Source: a virus. From it: a stretch of 50,762 bases of DNA. The notes under the pieces were generated by a model. The model saw only the letters and a program-made list of their open reading frames with translations, did not search any database and was not told the origin of the DNA. Shown here piece after piece: positions 33,405 through 40,286 of the stretch. The DNA lies in IMG/VR virus record IMGVR_UViG_3300045988_092582, positions 1-50,762 of that record. One strand, written 5' to 3'. The first letter of the stretch is position 1; each line of letters begins with the position of its first letter. A program made the translations under genes and the position numbers.

Positions 33405-34001
33405 TTAATATTTGCTTCTCCAGTTTTGGCAGTAAAGGTCTACCAGATTTGTCTTGTCCATCCAGGTCATAAACCGCCGCACGGTTGTCTCGATGGGTTC
33501 TGTGTCCTCTGGCAGATATACTTCACGATATACATAGCTTCCGTCGCTGATGATGTACTCAAATCGCCGGACCTCCGGGCAGAGGTAGAAGTACATAGGA
33601 TGCTGCGGACTATCAAGGTATTTCCCCACGCGATAAGTCCGGCTGAATTTTGTGTCGTAGATGACTCCTGCTTTTAGGAAATCCAGGATTCCAAAGCAGA
33701 CAAACTCCACGTTGTCCATTACCAGAGGCCGGGATGCCTTGACTTGATACTGCCCCTGGGTGATGATCTTGCAGATTTCTACAATCGGTTTGTACCACTC
33801 CTGCTCCGGCCCGATGTCCACCCCTTCGCTGACAGCGTGGACCACGTTTTCAAACCGGATGCCGTCCAGCATGGCCTTTGATTGGGGCTTTTTCTCCCGG
33901 CGGAGAGTGGATAAAAATTCATCCATTTCTCCACCTTTTAGGGCATACTGCCACGAAGACAAAAGGCTCTGCGTCAGCAGAAATTTATTCGGCCCGCTCA
34001 T
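33405..34001 (-). CDS. PD-(D/E)XK (Cas4/RecB-like) nuclease
   Basis: ATG 34001 with SD AAGGAGA. GILDFLKAGVIYDTKFS supplies the D...D-x-K motif. Confidence 0.6.
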   Translation of the reverse strand: MSGPNKFLLTQSLLSSWQYALKGGEMDEFLSTLRREKKPQSKAMLDGIRFENVVHAVSEGVDIGPEQEWYKPIVEICKIITQGQYQVKASRPLVMDNVEFVCFGILDFLKAGVIYDTKFSRTYRVGKYLDSPQHPMYFYLCPEVRRFEYIISDGSYVYREVYLPEDTEPIETTVRRFMTWMDKTNLVDLYCQNWRSKY

Positions 34002-34911
34002 AAACTTTCGTCTCCTTGTTGTAGACGATGCCAAGTTCCTTAATCCGCTCCATCAGAGCCGTTTTCAGTTCCCGTTCGCTGGTCAGGGCGTGTGGCAAGC
34101 CCTTGATGGCCTTTGTAGCCTCTTGGACATCTTCTGGGGTTTCAATGGATTCAATAATTTTCCTACCATCCAGCACAGTCTTGTTGTACTGTTCCTGCCG
34201 GGGCTGAAGCGCAGCATGTTCGGCAACAATGTTGGCCTTGACCTGATCAAACAAACGAGTGAGAAAATCATTTGGCTCGCCGTCCTTTAGCTCTGGAACC
34301 TTAACAAGACCTTTGATGCCGTAGGCCGCTTTCGCGTTATAATTCATGGTAGGAGTAAAGCCAAGATAGCGCTCTCCATTAACGATGTGCAGATAGGCGC
34401 CCAGATCGGCAGGCTGCCATACCAGCGTTTTTGTGGAACCCTCACACACAATGTCATAAAAAACGTCATCTCCCTGCCGGTCCTTGGAAGCGTGGAACAG
34501 GAATACTACATTGAACTTCTTTCGCAGTTCAGCAGACAGACGAAGGAACTCAGTCTTGACAAAGCCGTAACCCTGTTGGGAAAAACCTCCGGATTTCTTA
34601 CTGGCAGAGGGTTCATTTCTCATGGCCCAGTCTTTCATCAAGTCGATGAGTGCCCCACAGGTGTCAATCACTACTGTCTTGTAGTGCCCCTCAAAACTTT
34701 TGATGTCTGCAAGAAGCTCCTCATAGGTCTTAATCATGGAGCTGTCCTTTCGGTGCTCTGGTTTCACACGGCTCAATCCCTCGTCCGCGTCGATCAGAAC
34801 TACGTCTGGTGCAGACAGTGCCAAAGTGGTTTTCCCCACGCCGGGAAGTCCACTGATAATCACGATGATATTCTTGTTGGAAAAATCCATACTCTCGGGC
34901 TTGACGATCAT
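33985..34911 (-). CDS. Sak4-like RecA-fold ATPase (AAA_24-type)
   Basis: Walker A IISGLPGVGKTT and Walker B VVIDT. Typical partner of DUF669 SSB in phage recombination modules. Confidence 0.75.
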   Translation of the reverse strand: MIVKPESMDFSNKNIIVIISGLPGVGKTTLALSAPDVVLIDADEGLSRVKPEHRKDSSMIKTYEELLADIKSFEGHYKTVVIDTCGALIDLMKDWAMRNEPSASKKSGGFSQQGYGFVKTEFLRLSAELRKKFNVVFLFHASKDRQGDDVFYDIVCEGSTKTLVWQPADLGAYLHIVNGERYLGFTPTMNYNAKAAYGIKGLVKVPELKDGEPNDFLTRLFDQVKANIVAEHAALQPRQEQYNKTVLDGRKIIESIETPEDVQEATKAIKGLPHALTSERELKTALMERIKELGIVYNKETKVYERAE

Positions 34912-35097
34912 TTATTTTTCCTCCTTAATTTCCACTAAGTCATATCCCTGGATGATGATTTGCGAAACAATGTGTTTAGCTGATAGTCCGGTCTCCCTCT
35001 GGAGCTGCTTTACCAGTTTTTCAGCCTGCTCGTTCAGCCGAACGACTCCGCACACGCCCTTTTCTGGACGGTATACGTTTAAAACAATTTTGCTCAT
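34912..35097 (-). CDS. hypothetical early protein (61 aa)
   Basis: ORF abutting the Sak4-like gene start. Confidence 0.55.
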   Translation of the reverse strand: MSKIVLNVYRPEKGVCGVVRLNEQAEKLVKQLQRETGLSAKHIVSQIIIQGYDLVEIKEEK

Positions 35098-35255
35098 GTT
35101 TCCTCCGTGTTTTCAAAATATTGTTCTCCCATCCAACAGGAGGGGCACACAACCTTGATTTGCCGCTCCCGGTTTCCATCGCTATCCAAAATTTCATTAC
35201 GTATGACCAGAAGCGGATGATCAAATTCAAGCCCGCAGATCATGCAGCGGTACAT
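35094..35255 (-). CDS. small zinc-ribbon protein (53 aa)
   Basis: Hand translated: MYRCMICGLEFDHPLLVIRNEILDSDGNRERQIKVVCPSCWMGEQYFENTEET. ATGA overlap downstream. Confidence 0.5.
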   Translation of the reverse strand: MYRCMICGLEFDHPLLVIRNEILDSDGNRERQIKVVCPSCWMGEQYFENTEET

Positions 35256-35269
35256 GTTTTATCTCCCCC

Positions 35270-35506
35270 TCAAGTTGGTTTCTTTCGCTTATTTCGTTTA
35301 GTTGCGACGTCCCGGCAATCCGCACTGCAAAAGTGGTGCTGACGGGGGCGAAGAACTGCGCCGCACACCTCACAGTACCGGGCTCCAATCGGGGAATGTC
35401 CCTTTCTGGGCGATGGGTCTCCGGGATGATCTGGCTTCCATTTCCCGTATGTCTTGTGGTCTTTCCTACAGTCAACGGAGTCCTGAATCAGCTTTTCCAT
35501 GCTCAT
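35270..35506 (-). CDS. small Cys/His-rich basic protein
   Basis: 78 aa. YCEVCGAVL...HHFCSADC. Confidence 0.55.
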   Translation of the reverse strand: MSMEKLIQDSVDCRKDHKTYGKWKPDHPGDPSPRKGHSPIGARYCEVCGAVLRPRQHHFCSADCRDVATKRNKRKKPT

Positions 35507-35507
35507 T

Positions 35508-36023
35508 TCAGGACACCCCTTCCTCGCACCACCAAATATCAGCCGTTTTCACACCCAGTGATAAGGCCTCTTGGTGCCCCTGGACTGCCAAATCTATACG
35601 GTTTCCCCGGATAGCAGGGCCGGTATCGTCCGCCCGCAGGCGCAGCATTTCGCCGTTGCGCTCGATCATGATGGTGCTGCCCAGCGGAATCACGGCAGGG
35701 TCCACAGCGCAGCTTACATAGGGCGTCACGCGCCGTCCGCTGGCAGTGATGCCGGAGCCTGTCCCGCAGATGTGGGGCCGTTCCTCGCAGCAGTAGAAGG
35801 TGATCGTCACGTCCTCCAGCTTGGTTGAGCGGGCCAACAGCGCGGCCTCAATAAGCTCATTCTCTGCGGCCTCCAGCTCGTCCAACGTGATCTCCGGCAT
35901 GATGGCTTTTGTGTGTTCCGGGCGCGGAGGCTCCGCATCCACATTCAGCGCCAGGAATCCAATTAACCAGATTGCCAGAAGCCCAACGAAGCAAAGATAT
36001 GTAAGAATCTGCCGTCGCTTCAT
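35508..36023 (-). CDS. 3D-domain (MltA/RlpA-like double-psi barrel) secreted protein
   Basis: N-terminal TM/signal YLCFVGLLAIWLIGFLAL. ITASGRRVTPYVSCAVDPAVIPLGSTIMIE...LRADDTGPAIRGNRIDL is the 3D domain pattern. Confidence 0.7.
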   Translation of the reverse strand: MKRRQILTYLCFVGLLAIWLIGFLALNVDAEPPRPEHTKAIMPEITLDELEAAENELIEAALLARSTKLEDVTITFYCCEERPHICGTGSGITASGRRVTPYVSCAVDPAVIPLGSTIMIERNGEMLRLRADDTGPAIRGNRIDLAVQGHQEALSLGVKTADIWWCEEGVS

Positions 36024-36115
36024 GCCCGCCCCTCCAGCTTGTCCACTGGGCGGAACAGCCAGCTTGTGGCTGTCCCTATTCCAATCAAAACGAAAACCAG
36101 TTCAATCGTTGTCAT
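36020..36115 (-). CDS. mini membrane protein (31 aa)
   Basis: Hand translated: MTTIELVFVLIGIGTATSWLFRPVDKLEGRA. ATGA overlap with the 3D-domain gene. Confidence 0.4.
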   Translation of the reverse strand: MTTIELVFVLIGIGTATSWLFRPVDKLEGRA

Positions 36116-36224
36116 CTTTCTCAACCTTTGTAACAGTAATTTCTGCTGTAACGCCTAGCTGCTCCAAACGCTTTGTCTTTAAGTAAATCAGCGCTTTCTG
36201 AAAGCAATCCAGATTTTCTTCCAT
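36102..36224 (-). CDS. small protein (40 aa)
   Basis: Hand translated: MEENLDCFQKALIYLKTKRLEQLGVTAEITVTKVEKDDND. SD GAGGAGG present. Confidence 0.45.
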   Translation of the reverse strand: MEENLDCFQKALIYLKTKRLEQLGVTAEITVTKVEKDDND

Positions 36225-36325
36225 AGCAAACTAACCTCCTCAAGAACTTGGTAAATTTTATGTGATTGCATCTTGTCCAATCCCTTCGGAAGTGATATAG
36301 TGTAAAAGGGATTGTTCGTGGTTGC

Positions 36326-36493
36326 TCAATCCTTACCCTCGTCGTGCTGCGAACACGGCGGGGGATTTTCTTTGCCCAGCCGGATTGCTTCGTCAAAGGT
36401 CATTCCATACGCTGCACGGTTGAGCTTGTCCATCAGGTGCTTCGTGTTTCGCGCCTGGGCTTCCAGGTCTTTGATACTGTCTTTTTCGTTCAC
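36326..36493 (-). CDS. small protein (55 aa, GTG start)
   Basis: Hand translated: VNEKDSIKDLEAQARNTKHLMDKLNRAAYGMTFDEAIRLGKENPPPCSQHDEGKD. SD GGAGGA plus 7 nt. Confidence 0.5.
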   Translation of the reverse strand: MNEKDSIKDLEAQARNTKHLMDKLNRAAYGMTFDEAIRLGKENPPPCSQHDEGKD

Positions 36494-36511
36494 AAAAATA
36501 TCCTCCTATTC

Positions 36512-36540
36512 TTGCCAGAGGCCGGAGGATGTGTTATACT
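36512..36540 (+). promoter_or_regulatory. near-consensus sigma70 promoter TTGCCA-17-TATACT, antisense to the early operon
   Basis: TTGCCA 36512-36517, 17-nt spacer, TATACT 36535-36540. Confidence 0.65.
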
Positions 36541-36546
36541 GTCTCC

Positions 36547-36622
36547 GATACCTCGTAGCTTCCTTACGTGGTGTCATGGGCTGTCCTCTGTTTCCGCCAG
36601 AGGCAGCCCGCTTTTTATTTTT
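36547..36622 (+). ncRNA. putative ~75-nt antisense sRNA (OOP-like)
   Basis: The promoter at 36512-36540 is followed ~40 nt later by a 12-bp GC-rich hairpin (36578-36590 / 36598-36609, one bulge) and CTTTTTATTTTT. There is no plausible ORF. It is complementary to the 3' end of CDS 36615..37037 and the downstream intergenic RNA. Confidence 0.5.
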
Positions 36623-37037
36623 CGTCCACAATGATTGTCCCTGTGGTGTAATAAATCATGTGACGATTCCCGTCTTCATCATCGAATAAAATGTAACTCT
36701 CCCGGTCTGTTTCAACGTCAAACTTTCCCGAATACTCCTTGATAAGCTGACCGTTTATGTCGTAGACAGATACTGTCCTCTCAATCCCACCAGACAAATT
36801 GCTCTGCTGGTCTTTCAAAGCCCTATGTCCGCTCTCAGAATTAAGCCGATACCAGATATAGGCGCCACAAATCAGCGCAGTAATTAAAACTGTTGCCGCT
36901 GTTGCGATTGAGAGTCCAATTTTCAAGCCCTTTTCGTATTGTTTATCAGTCGCTATTGCTCCCCGTAACAAAAATCCTGCGATAGATAGGCCGAAAACTC
37001 CTGTGATAATAACGAATACCCATGCTCCGATTGTCAT
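36615..37037 (-). CDS. membrane protein (2 TM plus soluble C-terminal domain)
   Basis: 140 aa. WVFVIITGVFGLSIAGFLL and IGLSIATAATVLITALICGAYIW. Confidence 0.65.
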   Translation of the reverse strand: MTIGAWVFVIITGVFGLSIAGFLLRGAIATDKQYEKGLKIGLSIATAATVLITALICGAYIWYRLNSESGHRALKDQQSNLSGGIERTVSVYDINGQLIKEYSGKFDVETDRESYILFDDEDGNRHMIYYTTGTIIVDEK

Positions 37038-37083
37038 AGTTTATAAACCTCGCTTTTTTATTTTCCTAAAAATAGGTGCGCTG

Positions 37084-37112
37084 TTGTGCTCACTTACTTG
37101 CCATGGTAGAAT
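37084..37112 (+). promoter_or_regulatory. sigma70-type promoter with extended -10 (TTGTGC-17-TGgTAGAAT)
   Basis: TTGTGC 37084-37089; TG 37104-37105; TAGAAT 37107-37112. Lies 21 nt before ATG 37134. Confidence 0.6.
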
Positions 37113-37133
37113 GTGGGCGAAAGGGGTGTCTTT

Positions 37134-37814
37134 ATGGGTTATCTTTGTCCGTACTGTAATCACACTTGTTTTGACAATGGAGAAATCACAACAACTTACT
37201 ATCCTTCACACGATAGCGCAGATTTGCCAGAAATGAGCGAAAAGGATGCTATAACCAATGCTGTTCAACTTGATTTCAGTACTTGTCCAAACTGTGGAAA
37301 AACCGCCATTAGGATGATTCCGTATTGGAAAAATGGAAATATGAAATTCAGTTTTTCCTACCCTCCAACTATGGCAATCCACCTCCCTGAATATATTCCA
37401 GAGGCAATCCGTTCTGATTATGAAGAAGCTGTGTCCATAGTAGATCTAAGCCCAAAAGCGTCCGCTACATTGGCACGCCGCTGCTTACAGGGAATGATCC
37501 ACGATTTTTGGAAGATTAAAGAGAAAAACTTAAATGCAGAAATCACAGCACTCAGAGGAAAAGTCTCTTCTTCCCAATGGAAAGCGATAGACGGGCTTCG
37601 CAAAATCGGAAACATTGGGGCACATATGGAAAAAGATGTTCAACTGATTATTGATGTTGACCCAGGAGAAGCAAAAAAACTAATCAAGTTGATTGAACTT
37701 TTGATTGAAAAATGGTATATTTCCCGATATGATGAAGAACAACTTTTCGATGAAATATCAAGTATGGCTGATGAAAAAGAATCTAAACGAAACTTAGGAC
37801 CCAGTGGCAAGTAA
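37134..37814 (+). CDS. zinc-ribbon plus DUF4145-domain protein (candidate prophage defence/abortive-infection gene)
   Basis: N-terminus CPYC...CPNC. C-terminal half IPEAIRSDYEEAVSIVDLSPKASATLARRCLQGMIHDF...IDGLRKIGNIGAHMEKD...EAKKLIKLIELLIEKWY matches the DUF4145 pattern. AT-rich, with its own promoter. Confidence 0.7.
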   Translation: MGYLCPYCNHTCFDNGEITTTYYPSHDSADLPEMSEKDAITNAVQLDFSTCPNCGKTAIRMIPYWKNGNMKFSFSYPPTMAIHLPEYIPEAIRSDYEEAVSIVDLSPKASATLARRCLQGMIHDFWKIKEKNLNAEITALRGKVSSSQWKAIDGLRKIGNIGAHMEKDVQLIIDVDPGEAKKLIKLIELLIEKWYISRYDEEQLFDEISSMADEKESKRNLGPSGK

Positions 37815-37958
37815 TTCCCCTTCCAAACTCCAGTATCGTGTTTGGATTCTGCAAGGATCTTCTTCAGTCCCCCTCCCCTCCAAGGATTTTGTAACAATAA
37901 CCTGAATCACCTTTGCGCTGTCCGTCCCTCTGGGGCGGGCAGTTTTATTTCCTTCCAT
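37794..37958 (-). CDS. small early protein (54 aa)
   Basis: Hand translated: MEGNKTARPRGTDSAKVIQVIVTKSLEGRGTEEDPCRIQTRYWSLEGELLATGS. SD GGTGAGAGG present. The 3' end overlaps the convergent DUF4145 gene by 21 nt. Confidence 0.5.
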   Translation of the reverse strand: MEGNKTARPRGTDSAKVIQVIVTKSLEGRGTEEDPCRIQTRYWSLEGELLATGS

Positions 37959-37993
37959 CCTCTCACCCCCTCACCATCCATAAGAAACGAATG

Positions 37994-38122
37994 TCATGTA
38001 AAAATGATAGCCCACCCAAGCCACCATAGCGCCTCGTCATTCTCTTTCTCATATTTAAAATGGGTGGCGGCTGTTGCACATAAAATATAGATTATAAACA
38101 CAATCGTTTTAAAAACCGACAC
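37994..38122 (-). CDS. hydrophobic mini-protein (42 aa, 2 predicted TM)
   Basis: Hand translated from a GTG start: VSVFKTIVFIIYILCATAATHFKYEKENDEALWWLGWAIIFT. SD AGGAGA plus 5 nt. Confidence 0.45.
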   Translation of the reverse strand: MSVFKTIVFIIYILCATAATHFKYEKENDEALWWLGWAIIFT

Positions 38123-38178
38123 TTCAATCTCCTGTCGCTCCCGTCATGCTGGTAATGCGGCGGGGCATCTTTATTTGG

Positions 38179-38207
38179 TTGTCCTCCCTGCTATGCCGTG
38201 CTATACT
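38179..38207 (+). promoter_or_regulatory. sigma70-type promoter TTGTCC-17-TATACT
   Basis: TTGTCC 38179-38184 and TATACT 38202-38207. Upstream of ATG 38231 (SD AAAGGAGGTG). Confidence 0.6.
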
Positions 38208-38230
38208 GGCGGGGAAAGGAGGTGAATTTT

Positions 38231-38476
38231 ATGAGTTTCCCATCGTTCAAAGATTTTCGTGAAACACTTACAGAAGAACGATTATCAGAAATTTTTTCTG
38301 ATATATACCGAATAGATGTCATTGAAATAAATGGATTGACGCCAGAAAACATAAATGCTTTTATTTCAAAGCTTAGATATGACACGATCGGTGCTTCTAT
38401 TAGTGCGTCTCTCGATCTGCTTGAAGCCTATCATGAGTGGCTTTCACAAGAACTTTCGGGTCAATATCTACCTTGA
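38231..38476 (+). CDS. hypothetical protein (81 aa, moron)
   Basis: Strong SD GGAAAGGAGGTG plus 6 nt before the ATG. MSFPSFKDFRETLTEERLSEIF... AT-rich. Confidence 0.6.
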   Translation: MSFPSFKDFRETLTEERLSEIFSDIYRIDVIEINGLTPENINAFISKLRYDTIGASISASLDLLEAYHEWLSQELSGQYLP

Positions 38477-38567
38477 TTTCTCCATTCCATCGCTGGCCCT
38501 GTAGTGCAAGTACAAGGTCAGCGATTTCTTTTGGCTCACCCGTAATTTTGATTTCTATTGGTTTCAC
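38400..38567 (-). CDS. possible small early protein (55 aa, GTG start)
   Basis: Hand translated: VKPIEIKITGEPKEIADLVLALQGQRWNGEIKVDIDPKVLVKATHDRLQADRETH. Downstream of the Cro-like gene. Overlaps the 3' end of 38231..38476 antisense by 77 nt, so one of the two calls may be wrong. Confidence 0.35.
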   Translation of the reverse strand: MKPIEIKITGEPKEIADLVLALQGQRWNGEIKVDIDPKVLVKATHDRLQADRETH

Positions 38568-38626
38568 CTCCACTCCACTCTATTTGCGTGTGCAGTTATT
38601 GTTGGCTTTGCTTCTGCTGCCCTCTA

Positions 38627-38848
38627 TCATTGGAGGACTTCCTTTTCTCCGTTGGTGCTGCTGTCTTCTGAAAGAAGCTCGTCCACCGTGATGCAGAAAT
38701 AATCGGCTACCAGTTTCAGATTGTCCACGCTGGGAGAAACCTTACCCCACTTGTAAACCGTCCCGAAACCAAGTCCGACAGCCTTCTCCAAGGCCGTGAT
38801 GTTTATGCTGTTCTCCCGACAAAGACGCTTGATATTGTCAAGAATCAA
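38627..38848 (-). CDS. Cro-like XRE-family HTH regulator (first gene of the minus-strand lytic series)
   Basis: TTG 38848 preceded by GGAGGTGA plus 4 nt. ILDNIKRLCRENSINITALEKAVGLGFGTVYKWGKVSPSVDNLKLVADYFCITVDELL is a Cro/CI-type HTH. The longer track ORF would run antisense through the 38934 gene. Confidence 0.7.
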   Translation of the reverse strand: MILDNIKRLCRENSINITALEKAVGLGFGTVYKWGKVSPSVDNLKLVADYFCITVDELLSEDSSTNGEKEVLQ

Positions 38849-38875
38849 GGTATCACCTCCGATTGGAATATCTTC

Positions 38876-38904
38876 TTGAATCGTCCCCCCCTTAGTGATA
38901 TTAT
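38876..38904 (+). promoter_or_regulatory. sigma70-type promoter TTGAAT-17-TGaTATTAT (lysogeny-side promoter)
   Basis: TTGAAT 38876-38881, TG 38896-38897, TATTAT 38899-38904. Divergent from the Cro-like gene. Confidence 0.55.
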
Positions 38905-38933
38905 TGGGACAAAGGAGGGAGATATTTACGATT

Positions 38934-39452
38934 ATGTTTTGGAAAAAACTATCAAGGTCCGAAATCCAATGTATCGAATCGAATATACGACAGCTCAAAG
39001 ACAGCGAAAAATTGATAAATACAACTGTAAATCCAGCGGTGTTTTTTGGAAGGATCAATTTTACATTAGATTTGCTTCTTCATTTATCGCAATATGAAAA
39101 ATACAAAATATTTAAAGGGGCTACTCCAACACATGACTACAATATAATATTGGAAAATATAGAGTTAACAGTCGATAAGTTTATAGATCGTGCATTGGAG
39201 AGCAATCAGAAGAAAATCGAGACCTTAAAAACAGATGGAGCCAAAAGAAGAAACTACGAAAAGTTTACGTCCGCATTGATTGCAGCGTTTGATTGCGCAA
39301 ACACATTTTGGACTGGAAATGCTGGATTCCCTCACTATACTGGGCCTCTTTATACTTGGAAGAATTATGAAAGAGTAAAAGCGATTTATGAATCTTCCAG
39401 TAAATTTCTATCAGAAAAACAAATCCCTCCCTCCCAAAATTTCTTAAAATGA
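38934..39452 (+). CDS. hypothetical protein (172 aa) upstream of the repressor and integrase genes
   Basis: ATG 38934 with SD AAGGAGGGAG. No recognisable family. AT-rich. Confidence 0.6.
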   Translation: MFWKKLSRSEIQCIESNIRQLKDSEKLINTTVNPAVFFGRINFTLDLLLHLSQYEKYKIFKGATPTHDYNIILENIELTVDKFIDRALESNQKKIETLKTDGAKRRNYEKFTSALIAAFDCANTFWTGNAGFPHYTGPLYTWKNYERVKAIYESSSKFLSEKQIPPSQNFLK

Positions 39453-39656
39453 ATTAGAAAACACCCTCCTTTTCCTTGACGGAAATCGGAAAATATGCTA
39501 ACATTGAATTGCTGATACAATTACATATATTCCGATTAGGCCCGTATCATATAGGGGCTTGGTTTTTGTTACCCTATGCCTCTATTATATTAGCAAATTT
39601 ACCGATTGTCAACAAAAATTTAGGAAATTTACTAATTATTTTCAAGGGGTGATTTT

Positions 39657-39980
39657 TTGGTCGACAGGATTAGAGAATTGTGTTCTTTAACTGGAAAATC
39701 TTTATTTTCTTTGGAAAAAGAATGCGGTTTTGGAAACGGGACAATAAATAAATGGGATAAAAGTTCTCCGTCTATAGACCGTGTGTCTAAAGTCGCAGCG
39801 GCGCTCGGAGTGACCGTCGGAGATATTTTGGGCGAAAAAAATACCGCCCCCATTTCTGAGGACGGTAAAGCTGAAATCTTATCTATTTTTGATTCCTTAT
39901 CTCTTGATAGGCGTTCCAAATTGATTGAACTGGCTCGTCTTTATTTAGCCGATCAGCGCAAAAGCGAAGAAATGAAATAA
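39657..39980 (+). CDS. CI-like XRE-family repressor
   Basis: TTG start with SD AAGGGGTGA. IRELCSLTGKSLFSLEKECGFGNGTINKWDKSSPSIDRVSKVAAALGVTVGDILG HTH plus a C-terminal extension. Same strand as int. Confidence 0.75.
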   Translation: MVDRIRELCSLTGKSLFSLEKECGFGNGTINKWDKSSPSIDRVSKVAAALGVTVGDILGEKNTAPISEDGKAEILSIFDSLSLDRRSKLIELARLYLADQRKSEEMK

Positions 39981-40286
39981 AATCATTTTCATTATCCACT
40001 CTTTCGCAGAGCAATTCACCGCAGGTCATATCTCGTTCATCCATATTCCAGTTGCCCCTCCTCGTTCAAGAACATTTGTTCTAGTGATTTGATAATATCA
40101 TAGCACCGAGGATAATATAAGGCAATCAGCAGATTTTCACAATTTTTTCCATTTATATTTTGTATTGACCTATATCTAGTGGTCTTTATTTTTATACCAC
40201 AATTTTACTTTTTACGATAGGTTTTCATTCTAGTGAAAAGCCGCCGTCAGGAATCACCTGGCGGCGTGATCTTAGGAGGTGGAGCT

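Noticed and set aside
38849-38904. TATCAC ... GTGATA inverted hexamers (lambda-operator-like half-sites) between the Cro-like gene and the lysogeny promoter
   Set aside because: They are only 6 bp each and 39 bp apart, so chance occurrence is plausible. I did not call them as an operator.
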